Source of the DNA: an uncultured Dehalococcoidia bacterium | GTDB taxonomy: Bacteria; Chloroflexota; Dehalococcoidia; Lucifugimonadales; UBA826 | Length of the DNA stretch: 64,000 nucleotides | Direction: 5' to 3' | Assembly (NCBI GenBank): GCA_964602845.1 | Contig: CAZRSW010000001.1 | Coordinates: forward strand, 13,018 to 77,017 | Part shown: piece by piece, positions 9,384 to 18,213 of the stretch | Layout: every line of letters starts with the position of its first letter | Numbering within the stretch: position 1 is the stretch's first letter | Made by a program: the position numbers and the translations under genes | Notes under the pieces: generated by a model | The model's input: the letters and a program-made list of their open reading frames with translations, nothing else | Databases searched by the model: none | Told to the model about the DNA's origin: nothing

Positions 9384-10918
9384 GTGATCAGCTAGCAACC
9401 GAACCGCCCTATGGGAGCGTGGTACTGGTCGGGGCCGGGCCGGGAGACCCTGAACTCTTAACGATAGCGGGTTGTCGCCATTTGATGACGGCGGACGTGG
9501 TGTTGCACGATAGGCTTGTAGGGCCACAGATATTGGATCGAATAAATGTTGGAGCCCGCGTGATTAATGTTGGTAAGAGCTCTGACGGGAAAGGTTTGTC
9601 TCAAGAGGACATTAATCACGCGCTGTTGGGAGAGTGCCGTGCTGGGAATAAGGTAGTCAGATTGAAGGGTGGAGACCCCATGGTTTTTGGAAGAGGTGCG
9701 GAAGAAGCTCTATTTCTGATGAAGGAAGGTATACCATGTGAAGTTGTCCCAGGAATTAGCTCAGCGATTGCCGGTCCCTCCGCAGCTGGCATACCCGTTA
9801 CTCATAGGGGAATATCATCCTGTTTCTCCGTTGTTACGGCTAGTGAAGACCCTGAAAAATTGATCACGTCTGTTGATTGGGGATTATTAGCCAAGGGGGG
9901 GCACACACTTGTTATCTTAATGGTATTGAAACGTATTGATCAGGTTGTATCGTTGTTGATTAGCGAGGGGAGAGATCCCTCTACACCTTCCGCGCTTATA
10001 CAATCTGCAACGCTTCCGGAGCAATCTGTGTCGACAGGATACCTAAGAGATATTTCCTCCATCGCAGAGGAGTATAATGCTTCCTCACCAGCAATGTTAG
10101 TCGTAGGGAAAGTAGTTGATATAGGGATTCAATTAGGGCCTAGAAGTTTTCTTCCATTGGCAGGGAAAAGGATTTTGGTGACCCGTTCTAGAGCACAGTC
10201 AAGCAGATTATGTGAGCTCATTTTGCGGCTAGGAGGTAGCCCATTGGAACTGCCTACCATAGCCATCCAACCGCAAGACGATTATACAGAACTTGATAGT
10301 TCTATCGAAGATCTCCTAGATTATGATTGGGTTGTTTTTTCTAGCGTAAATGCTGTGGAAAGTTTTTTTTCCAGGCTTTGCGTAGGTAAACGAGATGCGA
10401 GATACATGCAATCAATTAAAATAGCGGCAATAGGTCCATCAACAGCATCTGCTTTGCGTGACCGGGGTTTGGTTGCTGACTTGGTTCCAGATAAATCTAC
10501 GTCAGAATCTTTGGTTCAATGCTTTGGAGAAGTTGTTGAAGGAGGTCTTGATGTTATTGTTCTTGGCCCGGAATCTGCTCCTGCCACCATTCGAAACGGA
10601 CTCACCTCTCTAGGCTGTAAAGTTCGCCAGGTTGCCGCCTACAGAACGATTATTCCTAAGAATACCCATGAGAATGTAAGGAAATTGATGGAGAAGAGGC
10701 TAGATGTTATTACATTCACCAGTTCTTCTACGGTGAGAAATTTCCTGTCGATATGGAATGGGATTATACCGAGTGATGTGGTAATAGCGTGTATAGGGCC
10801 TGCTACTGCAGCAACAGCAGTTGAAATGGGGATTAGTCCAGATATAGTGGCTGAGCCACATAACGTGGACGGGTTGGTGGATTCAATAACAGGCTATTAC
10901 AGTCGGGGAGATGAGTAA
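9380..10918 (+). CDS. cobA/hemD: Fused uroporphyrinogen-III C-methyltransferase / uroporphyrinogen-III synthase
   Basis: 512 aa. The N-terminal half has VVLVGAGPGDPELLT, GGDPMVFGRG and VVPGISS (SUMT). The C-terminal half, from about GKRILVTRSRAQS, is HemD-like. ATGA overlap with hemC. Confidence 0.85.
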   Translation: MSDQLATEPPYGSVVLVGAGPGDPELLTIAGCRHLMTADVVLHDRLVGPQILDRINVGARVINVGKSSDGKGLSQEDINHALLGECRAGNKVVRLKGGDPMVFGRGAEEALFLMKEGIPCEVVPGISSAIAGPSAAGIPVTHRGISSCFSVVTASEDPEKLITSVDWGLLAKGGHTLVILMVLKRIDQVVSLLISEGRDPSTPSALIQSATLPEQSVSTGYLRDISSIAEEYNASSPAMLVVGKVVDIGIQLGPRSFLPLAGKRILVTRSRAQSSRLCELILRLGGSPLELPTIAIQPQDDYTELDSSIEDLLDYDWVVFSSVNAVESFFSRLCVGKRDARYMQSIKIAAIGPSTASALRDRGLVADLVPDKSTSESLVQCFGEVVEGGLDVIVLGPESAPATIRNGLTSLGCKVRQVAAYRTIIPKNTHENVRKLMEKRLDVITFTSSSTVRNFLSIWNGIIPSDVVIACIGPATAATAVEMGISPDIVAEPHNVDGLVDSITGYYSRGDE

Positions 10919-11899
10919 TTGGAATATCGTCCAGATTTTAGGTTGAGGAGGATGAGGAAAAATCCTATTCTCCGAAGTATGGTTAGTGAAACCAGACTGT
11001 CTCTTAATGATTTGATATACCCAATTTTTGTGAAAGAAGGAATTGATTCGCGTGAAGAAGTGAGACCAATGCCAGGTATACATCAATTATCGGTCGATGC
11101 TCTTGTTGAAGAAGCAAAAGAGGTACATCAGTTGGGGATTACAGCAATACTTCTGTTTGGGATTCCTGATTATAAGGATAGTCTGGGAACGGCTGCATAT
11201 AAGTCGGACGGGGTTATACAAATGGCCATACAGTCCCTGAAGAAACATATTCCAGAATTGATGCTTATAACGGATGTGTGCCTGTGTGATTATACTGATC
11301 ATGGTCATTGTGGTGTTGTATTGGATAATGGTATAGACAATGACAGGAGTCTTGAACTTTTGGCTCGGATTGCATTAAGTCACGTTGAATCTGGGGCGGA
11401 TATGGTAGCCCCGTCAGCCATGATGGATGGGCAGGTAGGAGCTATACGGAATATCTTAAATCAATCGAGATTTAGCGAGATTCCGATAATGGGGTATTCT
11501 GCTAAATATGCATCGAGTTTCTATGGGCCCTTTAGAGTTGCGGCTGAATCATCCCCACAGTTTGGTGACAGAAAGTCGTATCAGATGGATATTGCCAATA
11601 GGAATCAGGCAATGATAGAAATCCAGCAAGATATTAATGAAGGTGCAGATATAGTAATGGTTAAACCTGCCCTGGCAAATTTAGATGTTATACATGAAGC
11701 CAAAGTTAGATTCAGTCATCCTATTGCTGCTTATAATGTCAGTGGCGAATATGCCATGGTCAAGGCTGCATCCGAGAATGGATGGATTGATGGGGAAGAG
11801 ATTGCATTAGAAATCATTACCTCAATAAAGAGAAGTGGCGCAGATATTATCATCTCCTATCATGCTAAAGAACTAGCAGGGGCTATATCGTCATCGTAG
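10919..11899 (+). CDS. hemB: Porphobilinogen synthase (delta-aminolevulinate dehydratase)
   Basis: 326 aa. RLRRMRKNPILRSMVSETRLSLNDLIYPIFV is the ALAD N-terminus. TTG start abuts the cobA/hemD stop. Confidence 0.9.
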   Translation: MEYRPDFRLRRMRKNPILRSMVSETRLSLNDLIYPIFVKEGIDSREEVRPMPGIHQLSVDALVEEAKEVHQLGITAILLFGIPDYKDSLGTAAYKSDGVIQMAIQSLKKHIPELMLITDVCLCDYTDHGHCGVVLDNGIDNDRSLELLARIALSHVESGADMVAPSAMMDGQVGAIRNILNQSRFSEIPIMGYSAKYASSFYGPFRVAAESSPQFGDRKSYQMDIANRNQAMIEIQQDINEGADIVMVKPALANLDVIHEAKVRFSHPIAAYNVSGEYAMVKAASENGWIDGEEIALEIITSIKRSGADIIISYHAKELAGAISSS

Positions 11900-11933
11900 A
11901 TGTGCCGATAAGGTTGATACTTGTATTTAAATA

Positions 11934-12416
11934 TTAATAGATAGGTCCAATTCTGTTTAGGGGCCATACTCGGTATTTTACGAAAGAATGGATATCCTTT
12001 AACCTAATGAATCCACAGACTCGACTGTCTGTACTGGGGTGAACTCTGTCGTCACTTAACACAAAGATGGATTCTTGAGGTACTTTGGTCTCGTAAGGTT
12101 TAAGGTCTGGAGCGGCCGGTCCACCGTGTAGATAGGGTTCAGGTAGGTGTGATCCGTTTATGTACAACGATCCATCGCAAAGTGACAAGAGATCTCCAGG
12201 CATGCCAATTAAACGTTTCACCAGATGCATTTCTGGGATCAAGGGATTGTTGAATACGACTAGTTGTCCTCTATTGATCTTAGCTCTCTTTGAGCAGACC
12301 AACAGGTCATTATGTGCAAGTGTTGGCGTCATACTGTGACCTGAGACTTTGGCTAAGTGCAGCCAACTTATTAGTTGATAGCGTTTTGAGAATTCTTTCA
12401 TAGAGGTTTTGTCCAA
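11934..12416 (-). CDS. sodX: S26 signal-peptidase-like protease, probable NiSOD maturation protease
   Basis: 160 aa. SGHSMTPTL (catalytic Ser box) and VKRLIGMPGD (Lys box) of the S26 family. Divergently paired with sodN. Confidence 0.7.
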   Translation of the reverse strand: MDKTSMKEFSKRYQLISWLHLAKVSGHSMTPTLAHNDLLVCSKRAKINRGQLVVFNNPLIPEMHLVKRLIGMPGDLLSLCDGSLYINGSHLPEPYLHGGPAAPDLKPYETKVPQESIFVLSDDRVHPSTDSRVCGFIRLKDIHSFVKYRVWPLNRIGPIY

Positions 12417-12545
12417 AGTTGTTGACTCATCAACTAAGTATATGGCTTGTTGCAGTAAAGTATTTCTTTCATGTATCTTGGGTTTGTGATATATATGTAC
12501 TCTACGGACAAAAAGGAATTATGAAAACTATAAGGAAGGACTTCA

Positions 12546-13004
12546 ATGGGAATTAGGTCGATGATTGATGGTATGGTCGGTTTACGTGATGTGTATGCAC
12601 ATTGTGACATACCATGTGGTATATACGATCCTATCACGGCAAAAATTGGGGCTCAGACGGTGTTGAAGATGTCTGCTCGGATCGAGGCTCTCGGCAGTTC
12701 CGAGGATATAAACACATATTCTAGGTATGTTGCCGTTAAAGAGGAACATGCTCAGTCGGTCAAGAATGAATTGAATATACTTTGGGCCGATTATTTCAAG
12801 CCTGAGCATCTTGAAAAATATCCTAATCTACATGAACTGTTTTGGAATGCGAATAAATTAGCCGGAGCAAACAAACAGGGTGTTAGTTCCGATTCAGCTA
12901 AGAAACTTTTGGAAACAGTTGATGAGATAGCTGAGATATTTTGGGCGACTAAAGGGGTTGAGTATAGTGACCCGAATGCGGATGTCAGGTATGGGCCGGC
13001 CTAA
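12546..13004 (+). CDS. sodN: Nickel superoxide dismutase precursor
   Basis: 152 aa. HCDIPCGIYDP is the Ni-hook motif (His-Cys-x-x-Pro-Cys-Gly-x-Tyr), preceded by an 18-aa leader ending in A. AGGAAGGA RBS. Confidence 0.9.
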   Translation: MGIRSMIDGMVGLRDVYAHCDIPCGIYDPITAKIGAQTVLKMSARIEALGSSEDINTYSRYVAVKEEHAQSVKNELNILWADYFKPEHLEKYPNLHELFWNANKLAGANKQGVSSDSAKKLLETVDEIAEIFWATKGVEYSDPNADVRYGPA

Positions 13005-13084
13005 CATTCAAATTTCTTATTAATGCGTGCCATGATCCTGCAAAAGGTCCATGCTACTGTATAGATCAGTTGTGTAGGCCTTTG

Positions 13085-13414
13085 TCAGGATTTGTAGTCG
13101 TCTCTTGGGGGCGAAAAAATATCCAAGGCTTTTGAAGATTTGGATCCAGAAAGTACACTGTGCTCTATACCTCCTGGTATTACATAAAATTCGCCTGTTT
13201 TGACCGTTTTACTTTGTCCGCCGATTGTGAATATGAATTCGCCCTCTAGTACAATTCCGGCTTGTTCGTTAGGATGAGTATGTAGAGGGACCTCTGAATT
13301 TGGCTCTAATTCTACTAAGCTCATCATGATCTTGTCGCCCCAAATGGTTTTCAGTGATATGCCCGGCGATATTTCTCTTTTGTTCGCATCTTCTTCATTA
13401 AAAAAATACTTCAT
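13085..13414 (-). CDS. Cupin domain protein
   Basis: 109 aa. PLHTHPNEQAGIVLEGE and VIPGGIEHS are cupin motifs 1 and 2. Confidence 0.7.
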   Translation of the reverse strand: MKYFFNEEDANKREISPGISLKTIWGDKIMMSLVELEPNSEVPLHTHPNEQAGIVLEGEFIFTIGGQSKTVKTGEFYVIPGGIEHSVLSGSKSSKALDIFSPPRDDYKS

Positions 13415-14358
13415 TATTTAAACTCACTTAACTTATTTCGAATCTGGTCATTGTAAATTGATAAGCAATGTCTGATTGTGTCATTAATAGGGGTATCTAC
13501 TCCAAATTGTTGACCTGCTCTGCTAATGGCACCATTGATAGATTCTACTTCCAATGGTTTGCCTGATAGAAGATCTTGGTGCATTGAGGATACAAGTTGA
13601 TCCTTTTGCAGCTCGAAGCCGCCCATTATCTCAGTAATGGTAGACTCTTCCAGGTTAATACCTGAAGACTGGGCTACATTGAAACCCTCGGTCAGTAGTC
13701 TAGCAGTGAGTAGCCGAGTTTCAGGGTTATTCATGATGGAAGAGAAATTAGATCGGGACAAGCAGGTCATTCCACTTAATGCGGAAATGAAGATCAATTT
13801 CTTCCAGATGTCGATCATTATGGATGGAGAGTTTTGGTTATTTATGCCAGAATTTTTCAAGAGATTCCCGATGTCACCTTCGGCTTTCCGGATTTTTTCT
13901 TCTTCCGTACATGCGCCAAATTTGATCATGCAGTCCCCGCCATATTCCTGAATAATTCCGGCGGCCGTCTTTTCAGCCTCGACATATGCGGCACCCAGAA
14001 TAGTAGCTGATCTTGGAAAGTGGCTTTGAAGGATCTTTCCGCTGTCGAGACCATTTTGCAGCGTCAATATTATAGTGTCGTCCGTTATCATAGGGGATAT
14101 GGTTTTTACGGCTTGAATATTGTGGTAGCTCTTGACGCAGAACAGGACTACGTCCGCGGTGTAACCTGAAGGAGGGCTATTTACAAAAGTGGCCTTTGGT
14201 GTGAAGTGACCGGATGTAATGCTTTTAACTTGTAGGCCGTCCCGATTTATTTTGCGTAGATGTTCGCCTCGAGCGATAAATGTTACTTCGTTCTTATCAG
14301 AAAGTAGGGACCCAAAATACCCTCCTACCGCCCCCGCGGCCATAACTAATATGCGCAT
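13414..14358 (-). CDS. panE: 2-dehydropantoate 2-reductase (ApbA/PanE family)
   Basis: 314 aa. MRILVMAAGAVGGYFG Rossmann N-terminus and the ApbA family layout. 1-nt overlap with the downstream cupin gene. Confidence 0.75.
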   Translation of the reverse strand: MRILVMAAGAVGGYFGSLLSDKNEVTFIARGEHLRKINRDGLQVKSITSGHFTPKATFVNSPPSGYTADVVLFCVKSYHNIQAVKTISPMITDDTIILTLQNGLDSGKILQSHFPRSATILGAAYVEAEKTAAGIIQEYGGDCMIKFGACTEEEKIRKAEGDIGNLLKNSGINNQNSPSIMIDIWKKLIFISALSGMTCLSRSNFSSIMNNPETRLLTARLLTEGFNVAQSSGINLEESTITEIMGGFELQKDQLVSSMHQDLLSGKPLEVESINGAISRAGQQFGVDTPINDTIRHCLSIYNDQIRNKLSEFK

Positions 14359-14394
14359 GTCAAAATGTAACCTCGAGTGGAGATGAAGAGAATC

Positions 14395-14685
14395 TCATTC
14401 TTTCAATTCTATTATCACATTACTATAAAGTTCGTCACCTATATTCGTAACTTTGTGAATGGCATCTTTCTGCCCAGGAACCACCTGTCCTAGCTCTAAT
14501 CTATTATCAGAATATGTTCCGTCGGGGTAGTGTGCTCGCAAGGTTCCGGGTCTGGTGACTATAAAAACGTAAGAGTTGTCATGTTTGTGCCAATCACTGG
14601 AAATTCCTGATTCTAGAACAAGATCCCATACTCTAATCCGGTCTGTTTCGTATTTAAACTCGGTTCCTATATCTCCCATTTTCAT
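14395..14685 (-). CDS. Small cupin-like protein
   Basis: The DWHKHDNSYVFIV core is cupin-like. I prefer ATG 14685 (MKMGDIG...), which is preceded by GAGGGAGAAGGA. The track start 14778 adds 31 aa with no RBS. Confidence 0.5.
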   Translation of the reverse strand: MKMGDIGTEFKYETDRIRVWDLVLESGISSDWHKHDNSYVFIVTRPGTLRAHYPDGTYSDNRLELGQVVPGQKDAIHKVTNIGDELYSNVIIELKE

Positions 14686-14885
14686 CGTATCCTTCTCCCT
14701 CAACTTATATGTTAACGATCTTACTACATGGAATCCTCCGTAGCCTATCGATTCCATGTAATGTATATCCTTTCTCATTTTTTAATTCTGAATCAACTTT
14801 GTTTTAATGTATAATCTTATGAGAAACGTTGGATGCCTAAAGTGGGTACCTAAAGTTTTTTTGCCGTTACCAGTAGTAGTAACTT

Positions 14886-15111
14886 TTTGATGTGCTCAGA
14901 GAGCCGGGTGAGCTGAGAACCGGCGTACAAGACGAAAGCGAATGGAACTGGTTTGTTGTAGTGGAGGTGAATCCACTTGTGACGCCGGCGTGAACCATCT
15001 TGAGACATGATGGCATATTAATGAGAGCCTTTCTTTAAAAGAAAGGAAGTAGGGTGGCACCGCGGTATTAAATAACCGCCCCTTTATTTGAGGGGCGGTT
15101 ATTTAATTTTT
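14886..15111 (+). promoter_or_regulatory. T-box leader (tRNA-Trp responsive) controlling trpS and probably trpEGDCF
   Basis: - Stem I elements: TGATG, AGAGAG, and a distal CCGG-GTGA-GCT-GAGA-ACCGG.
- Specifier loop: GAA-TGG-A, with TGG at 14943-14945.
- Stem III: CCTTTCTTTAAAAGAAAGG.
- T-box sequence: AGGGTGGCACCGCGG at about 15051-15065.
- Followed by a terminator hairpin. Confidence 0.85.
15070..15111 (+). terminator. Intrinsic terminator of the T-box leader
   Basis: AAATAACCGCCCCT / AGGGGCGGTTATTT is a perfect 14-bp stem with a 7-nt loop, followed by AATTTTT. The CCGCC in the 5' arm can alternatively pair with the T-box GCGG (antiterminator). Confidence 0.8.
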
Positions 15112-15129
15112 AGACATGGAGAAAATTGT

Positions 15130-16134
15130 ATGTCAGTAAAGAAAAGGGTTTTCAGCGGGGTTCAGCCCAGTGGGGATCCTCAGTTGGGTAATTATTTAGG
15201 TGCCTTTAAAGGTTGGGTTCAGCGACAATCAGAAAAGGACAATTTTTTCTGCATTGTCGATCTTCATGCGTTGACAATAAACCCCGATCCATCTGATTTG
15301 AAAAATCAGACAAGGGAACTAGCGGCAATTCTGTTTGCATGTGGTCTGGATCCTAATAAGAGTACTTTGTTTATTCAAAGTCATGTTAAAGCTCATGCTG
15401 AAGGGTGTTGGCTTTTGAATTGTGTAACGCCAGTGGGTTGGTTGGAACGAATGACACAGTTTAAGGACAAATCCGAAGGTAGAGAAAGAGTTTCCGCGGG
15501 TTTACTTGACTATCCGGTTTTGATGGCTGGAGATATTATTCTTTATGATGCTGACGAAGTGCCGGTTGGAGAGGACCAGAAGCAACATGTTGAACTTGCT
15601 CGTGATATTGCTGAGAGATTCAATAGGATATACGGGGAGACCTTTGTTATACCCAATCCGGTGATTCCTGAAGCTGGTGGCAGGGTGATGGGATTAAACG
15701 ATCCATTAGTGAAAATGTCAAAAAGTTATTCTCACATAAGGGGCCATGCAATTCGAATGCTAGACGATCCGGATGAAATTGAACGCTCAATCATGCGTGC
15801 AGTTACAGATTCTGGTAGTGAGTTGATGTTTTCTAATGAGCCAAGCAGAGCTGGTGTTAATAATCTACTTAATATTTATAAGGCTATTACTGACAAGACG
15901 GAACGGGAAGTGGAAAAAGACTTTGAGTCAGCAAGAGGTTATGGGGATCTAAAAAAGACAGTTGCAGAAGTAGTCATAGAAGAGCTCAGTCCAATCAGAA
16001 ATCGTTATGATAGGTTGATTGGCGATGTGGCAGAATTGGACCGTCTTTTGGCACGTGGGGCGGAACAAGCAGCGGCAATATCCGGACCAAAGTTAGAAGA
16101 GGTTAAAGACAAGATGGGGTTGATCGTGCCCTAG
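15130..16134 (+). CDS. trpS: Tryptophan--tRNA ligase
   Basis: MSVKKRVFSGVQPSGDPQLGNYLG and VKMSKSY (KMSKS) motifs. GGAG lies 8 nt upstream of ATG 15130. The track start 15088 lies inside the terminator stem and is rejected. Confidence 0.9.
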   Translation: MSVKKRVFSGVQPSGDPQLGNYLGAFKGWVQRQSEKDNFFCIVDLHALTINPDPSDLKNQTRELAAILFACGLDPNKSTLFIQSHVKAHAEGCWLLNCVTPVGWLERMTQFKDKSEGRERVSAGLLDYPVLMAGDIILYDADEVPVGEDQKQHVELARDIAERFNRIYGETFVIPNPVIPEAGGRVMGLNDPLVKMSKSYSHIRGHAIRMLDDPDEIERSIMRAVTDSGSELMFSNEPSRAGVNNLLNIYKAITDKTEREVEKDFESARGYGDLKKTVAEVVIEELSPIRNRYDRLIGDVAELDRLLARGAEQAAAISGPKLEEVKDKMGLIVP

Positions 16135-16173
16135 TACTGATTGCGGCCGATTTATTACTTGGAGTAAGAAGGG

Positions 16174-17649
16174 ATGTATTACCCAACATTAGAAGAGACT
16201 TTGAATTTATCAAGCGAGGGCAATTTAATACCTATTTCGCGCGATGTCGATGCAGATTTGGAGACTCCGGTATCTGCTTATTTAAAAGTCGCTAATATAC
16301 CGTATTCATTTTTATTGGAAAGCGTAGAAGGCGGTGAACATATAGCTCGATACAGTTTCATAGGCACGGAACCAGAACGTGTTATTACCACAGGTATGGA
16401 TTATCCAGATGGGGAGATTGATCCTCTTATTCGTATACAGGATGTTTTTGCAGAATATAAATTGATAGATACCGGTAATTTGCCAAAATTCAGTGGTGGA
16501 GTGGTGGGCTATCTGTCATATGAGGTGTCAAAATATTTCGAAAACATTCCGGCACCCACTGTAGATGCCCTAAAGTTGCCGGAATCCATTCTAATGTTGG
16601 TGAAAACATTTTTGATATTTGATCATGTCGCTCATAAAATTCAGGTAGTCAGTCACGCCGATTTATCAGATGGTGTCGAAGTAGGATACGAGCAAGCAGT
16701 TAGTCGGATTGATGCGATAGTCAATAAACTTAATAAACCTTTGGACCCAGTTTCGATTAAAAAGACATCTGGTTTTACCAAAGGCCCTACCCTTTCTAAT
16801 ATGAAGCCTGATTACCATAAGTTTATGGTAGAGAAATGTAAAGAGCATGTGGTCGCTGGAGAGGTGATCCAAACGGTGGTATCTCAGAGATTTTCCAGGC
16901 AAACTTCTGCTGATGCCTTCCATATTTATCGGTCATTGAGAGCCGTGAATCCATCGCCTTATATGTATTTCCTAGACCTTGGTGATTTTCAGATTGTAGG
17001 GGCTTCTCCTGAGATGCTTGTTCGTGTTCAAAATGGATTGGTTACTACTCATCCTATAGCAGGGACTAGACCTAGAGCATCAGATGAAGATGAAGATAAA
17101 CGCTTAGAACTTGAGCTTAAATCGGATGAGAAGGAGAGAGCAGAGCATATTATGCTTTTGGATCTTGGTCGTAATGATTTAGGTAGAGTGTGCAAACCGG
17201 GGACTGTATCTGTAAAGCAAATAATGGAGATAGAACGGTATTCGCACGTCATGCATCTGGTTTCTCATGTTGAGGGAGAGCTTGATGAAGGTCGAACCAA
17301 CTACGATGCATTTAGAGCATGTTTTCCTGCAGGTACGGTCTCTGGTGCGCCAAAAATACGAGCTATGGAGTTAATAGCGGATTTGGAGGTTGACAAGAGA
17401 GGTCCCTATGCGGGAGCTGTTGGGTATTTTGATTTCGCAGGTAATATGGATACCGCAATAGCAATTAGAACACTAGTGATTAAGGATGGGATCGCATATG
17501 CTCAAGCTGGTGGTGGCATAGTTTATGATAGTAAACCAGAGGTTGAATATGACGAAACGGTACACAAGTCCGGTGCTTTAATGAGGGCGATTGATAAGGC
17601 AGAAGACAATTTGGAGGTTGTTGACAAGGAAAATGATACTTCTGATTGA
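16174..17649 (+). CDS. trpE: Anthranilate synthase component I
   Basis: 491 aa. LLESVEGGE, HPIAGTRPR and GAVGYF motifs. 39 nt after trpS with no hairpin between them. Confidence 0.95.
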   Translation: MYYPTLEETLNLSSEGNLIPISRDVDADLETPVSAYLKVANIPYSFLLESVEGGEHIARYSFIGTEPERVITTGMDYPDGEIDPLIRIQDVFAEYKLIDTGNLPKFSGGVVGYLSYEVSKYFENIPAPTVDALKLPESILMLVKTFLIFDHVAHKIQVVSHADLSDGVEVGYEQAVSRIDAIVNKLNKPLDPVSIKKTSGFTKGPTLSNMKPDYHKFMVEKCKEHVVAGEVIQTVVSQRFSRQTSADAFHIYRSLRAVNPSPYMYFLDLGDFQIVGASPEMLVRVQNGLVTTHPIAGTRPRASDEDEDKRLELELKSDEKERAEHIMLLDLGRNDLGRVCKPGTVSVKQIMEIERYSHVMHLVSHVEGELDEGRTNYDAFRACFPAGTVSGAPKIRAMELIADLEVDKRGPYAGAVGYFDFAGNMDTAIAIRTLVIKDGIAYAQAGGGIVYDSKPEVEYDETVHKSGALMRAIDKAEDNLEVVDKENDTSD

Positions 17650-18196
17650 TAACTACGATAGTTTCACCTATAACCTCTATCAGTACATGGCGGAGTTAGG
17701 AGCTGAGGTGTCTGTTCGTCGGAATAATAGAATTACGCTTGAGGAAATTGAGGATATGTCGCCAGAGAAGATTGTGATATCTCCGGGACCCAGTACTCCA
17801 GACAAAGCTGGGATCTCTAATAAAGTGATTCAGAGATTTGGTTCAGAGTTGCCGGTATTGGGTGTTTGCTTGGGGCACCAATGTATAGGTCATAGTTTCG
17901 GTGGAAAAGTCCTAGGGGCAAATGAGATTATGCATGGTAAAACGTCATCAATTTTCCATGATGGAAAGGGAGTGTTTTCTAATATTCCAAGCCCATTTAA
18001 GGCTATCAGATACCATTCGCTGGCTATATCTAAGGAAGACCTGCCCAGCGAGATTGAGGTAAGTGCATGGACCGATAATGGATTAATAATGGGCGTTAGG
18101 CATAGGAAGTATCCTGTAGAGGGTATACAGTTCCATCCAGAATCTATTATGACTGAGTTCGGGAAAGACTTGCTGAAGAACTTCATTGATATGTAA
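17633..18196 (+). CDS. trpG: Anthranilate synthase component II (glutamine amidotransferase)
   Basis: MILLIDNYDSFTYNLYQY, GVCLGHQ catalytic Cys and QFHPES motifs. ATG 17633 is preferred over the track start 17591. 17-nt overlap with trpE. Confidence 0.9.
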   Translation: MILLIDNYDSFTYNLYQYMAELGAEVSVRRNNRITLEEIEDMSPEKIVISPGPSTPDKAGISNKVIQRFGSELPVLGVCLGHQCIGHSFGGKVLGANEIMHGKTSSIFHDGKGVFSNIPSPFKAIRYHSLAISKEDLPSEIEVSAWTDNGLIMGVRHRKYPVEGIQFHPESIMTEFGKDLLKNFIDM

Positions 18197-18213
18197 TGTA
18201 CAAGGAATAGGTT

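Noticed and set aside
15088-15129. The ORF-track 5' extension of trpS (MRGGYLIFRHGENC).
   Set aside because: These codons are the 3' arm and T-run of the T-box terminator. ATG 15130 has a GGAG RBS and gives the canonical TrpRS N-terminus.
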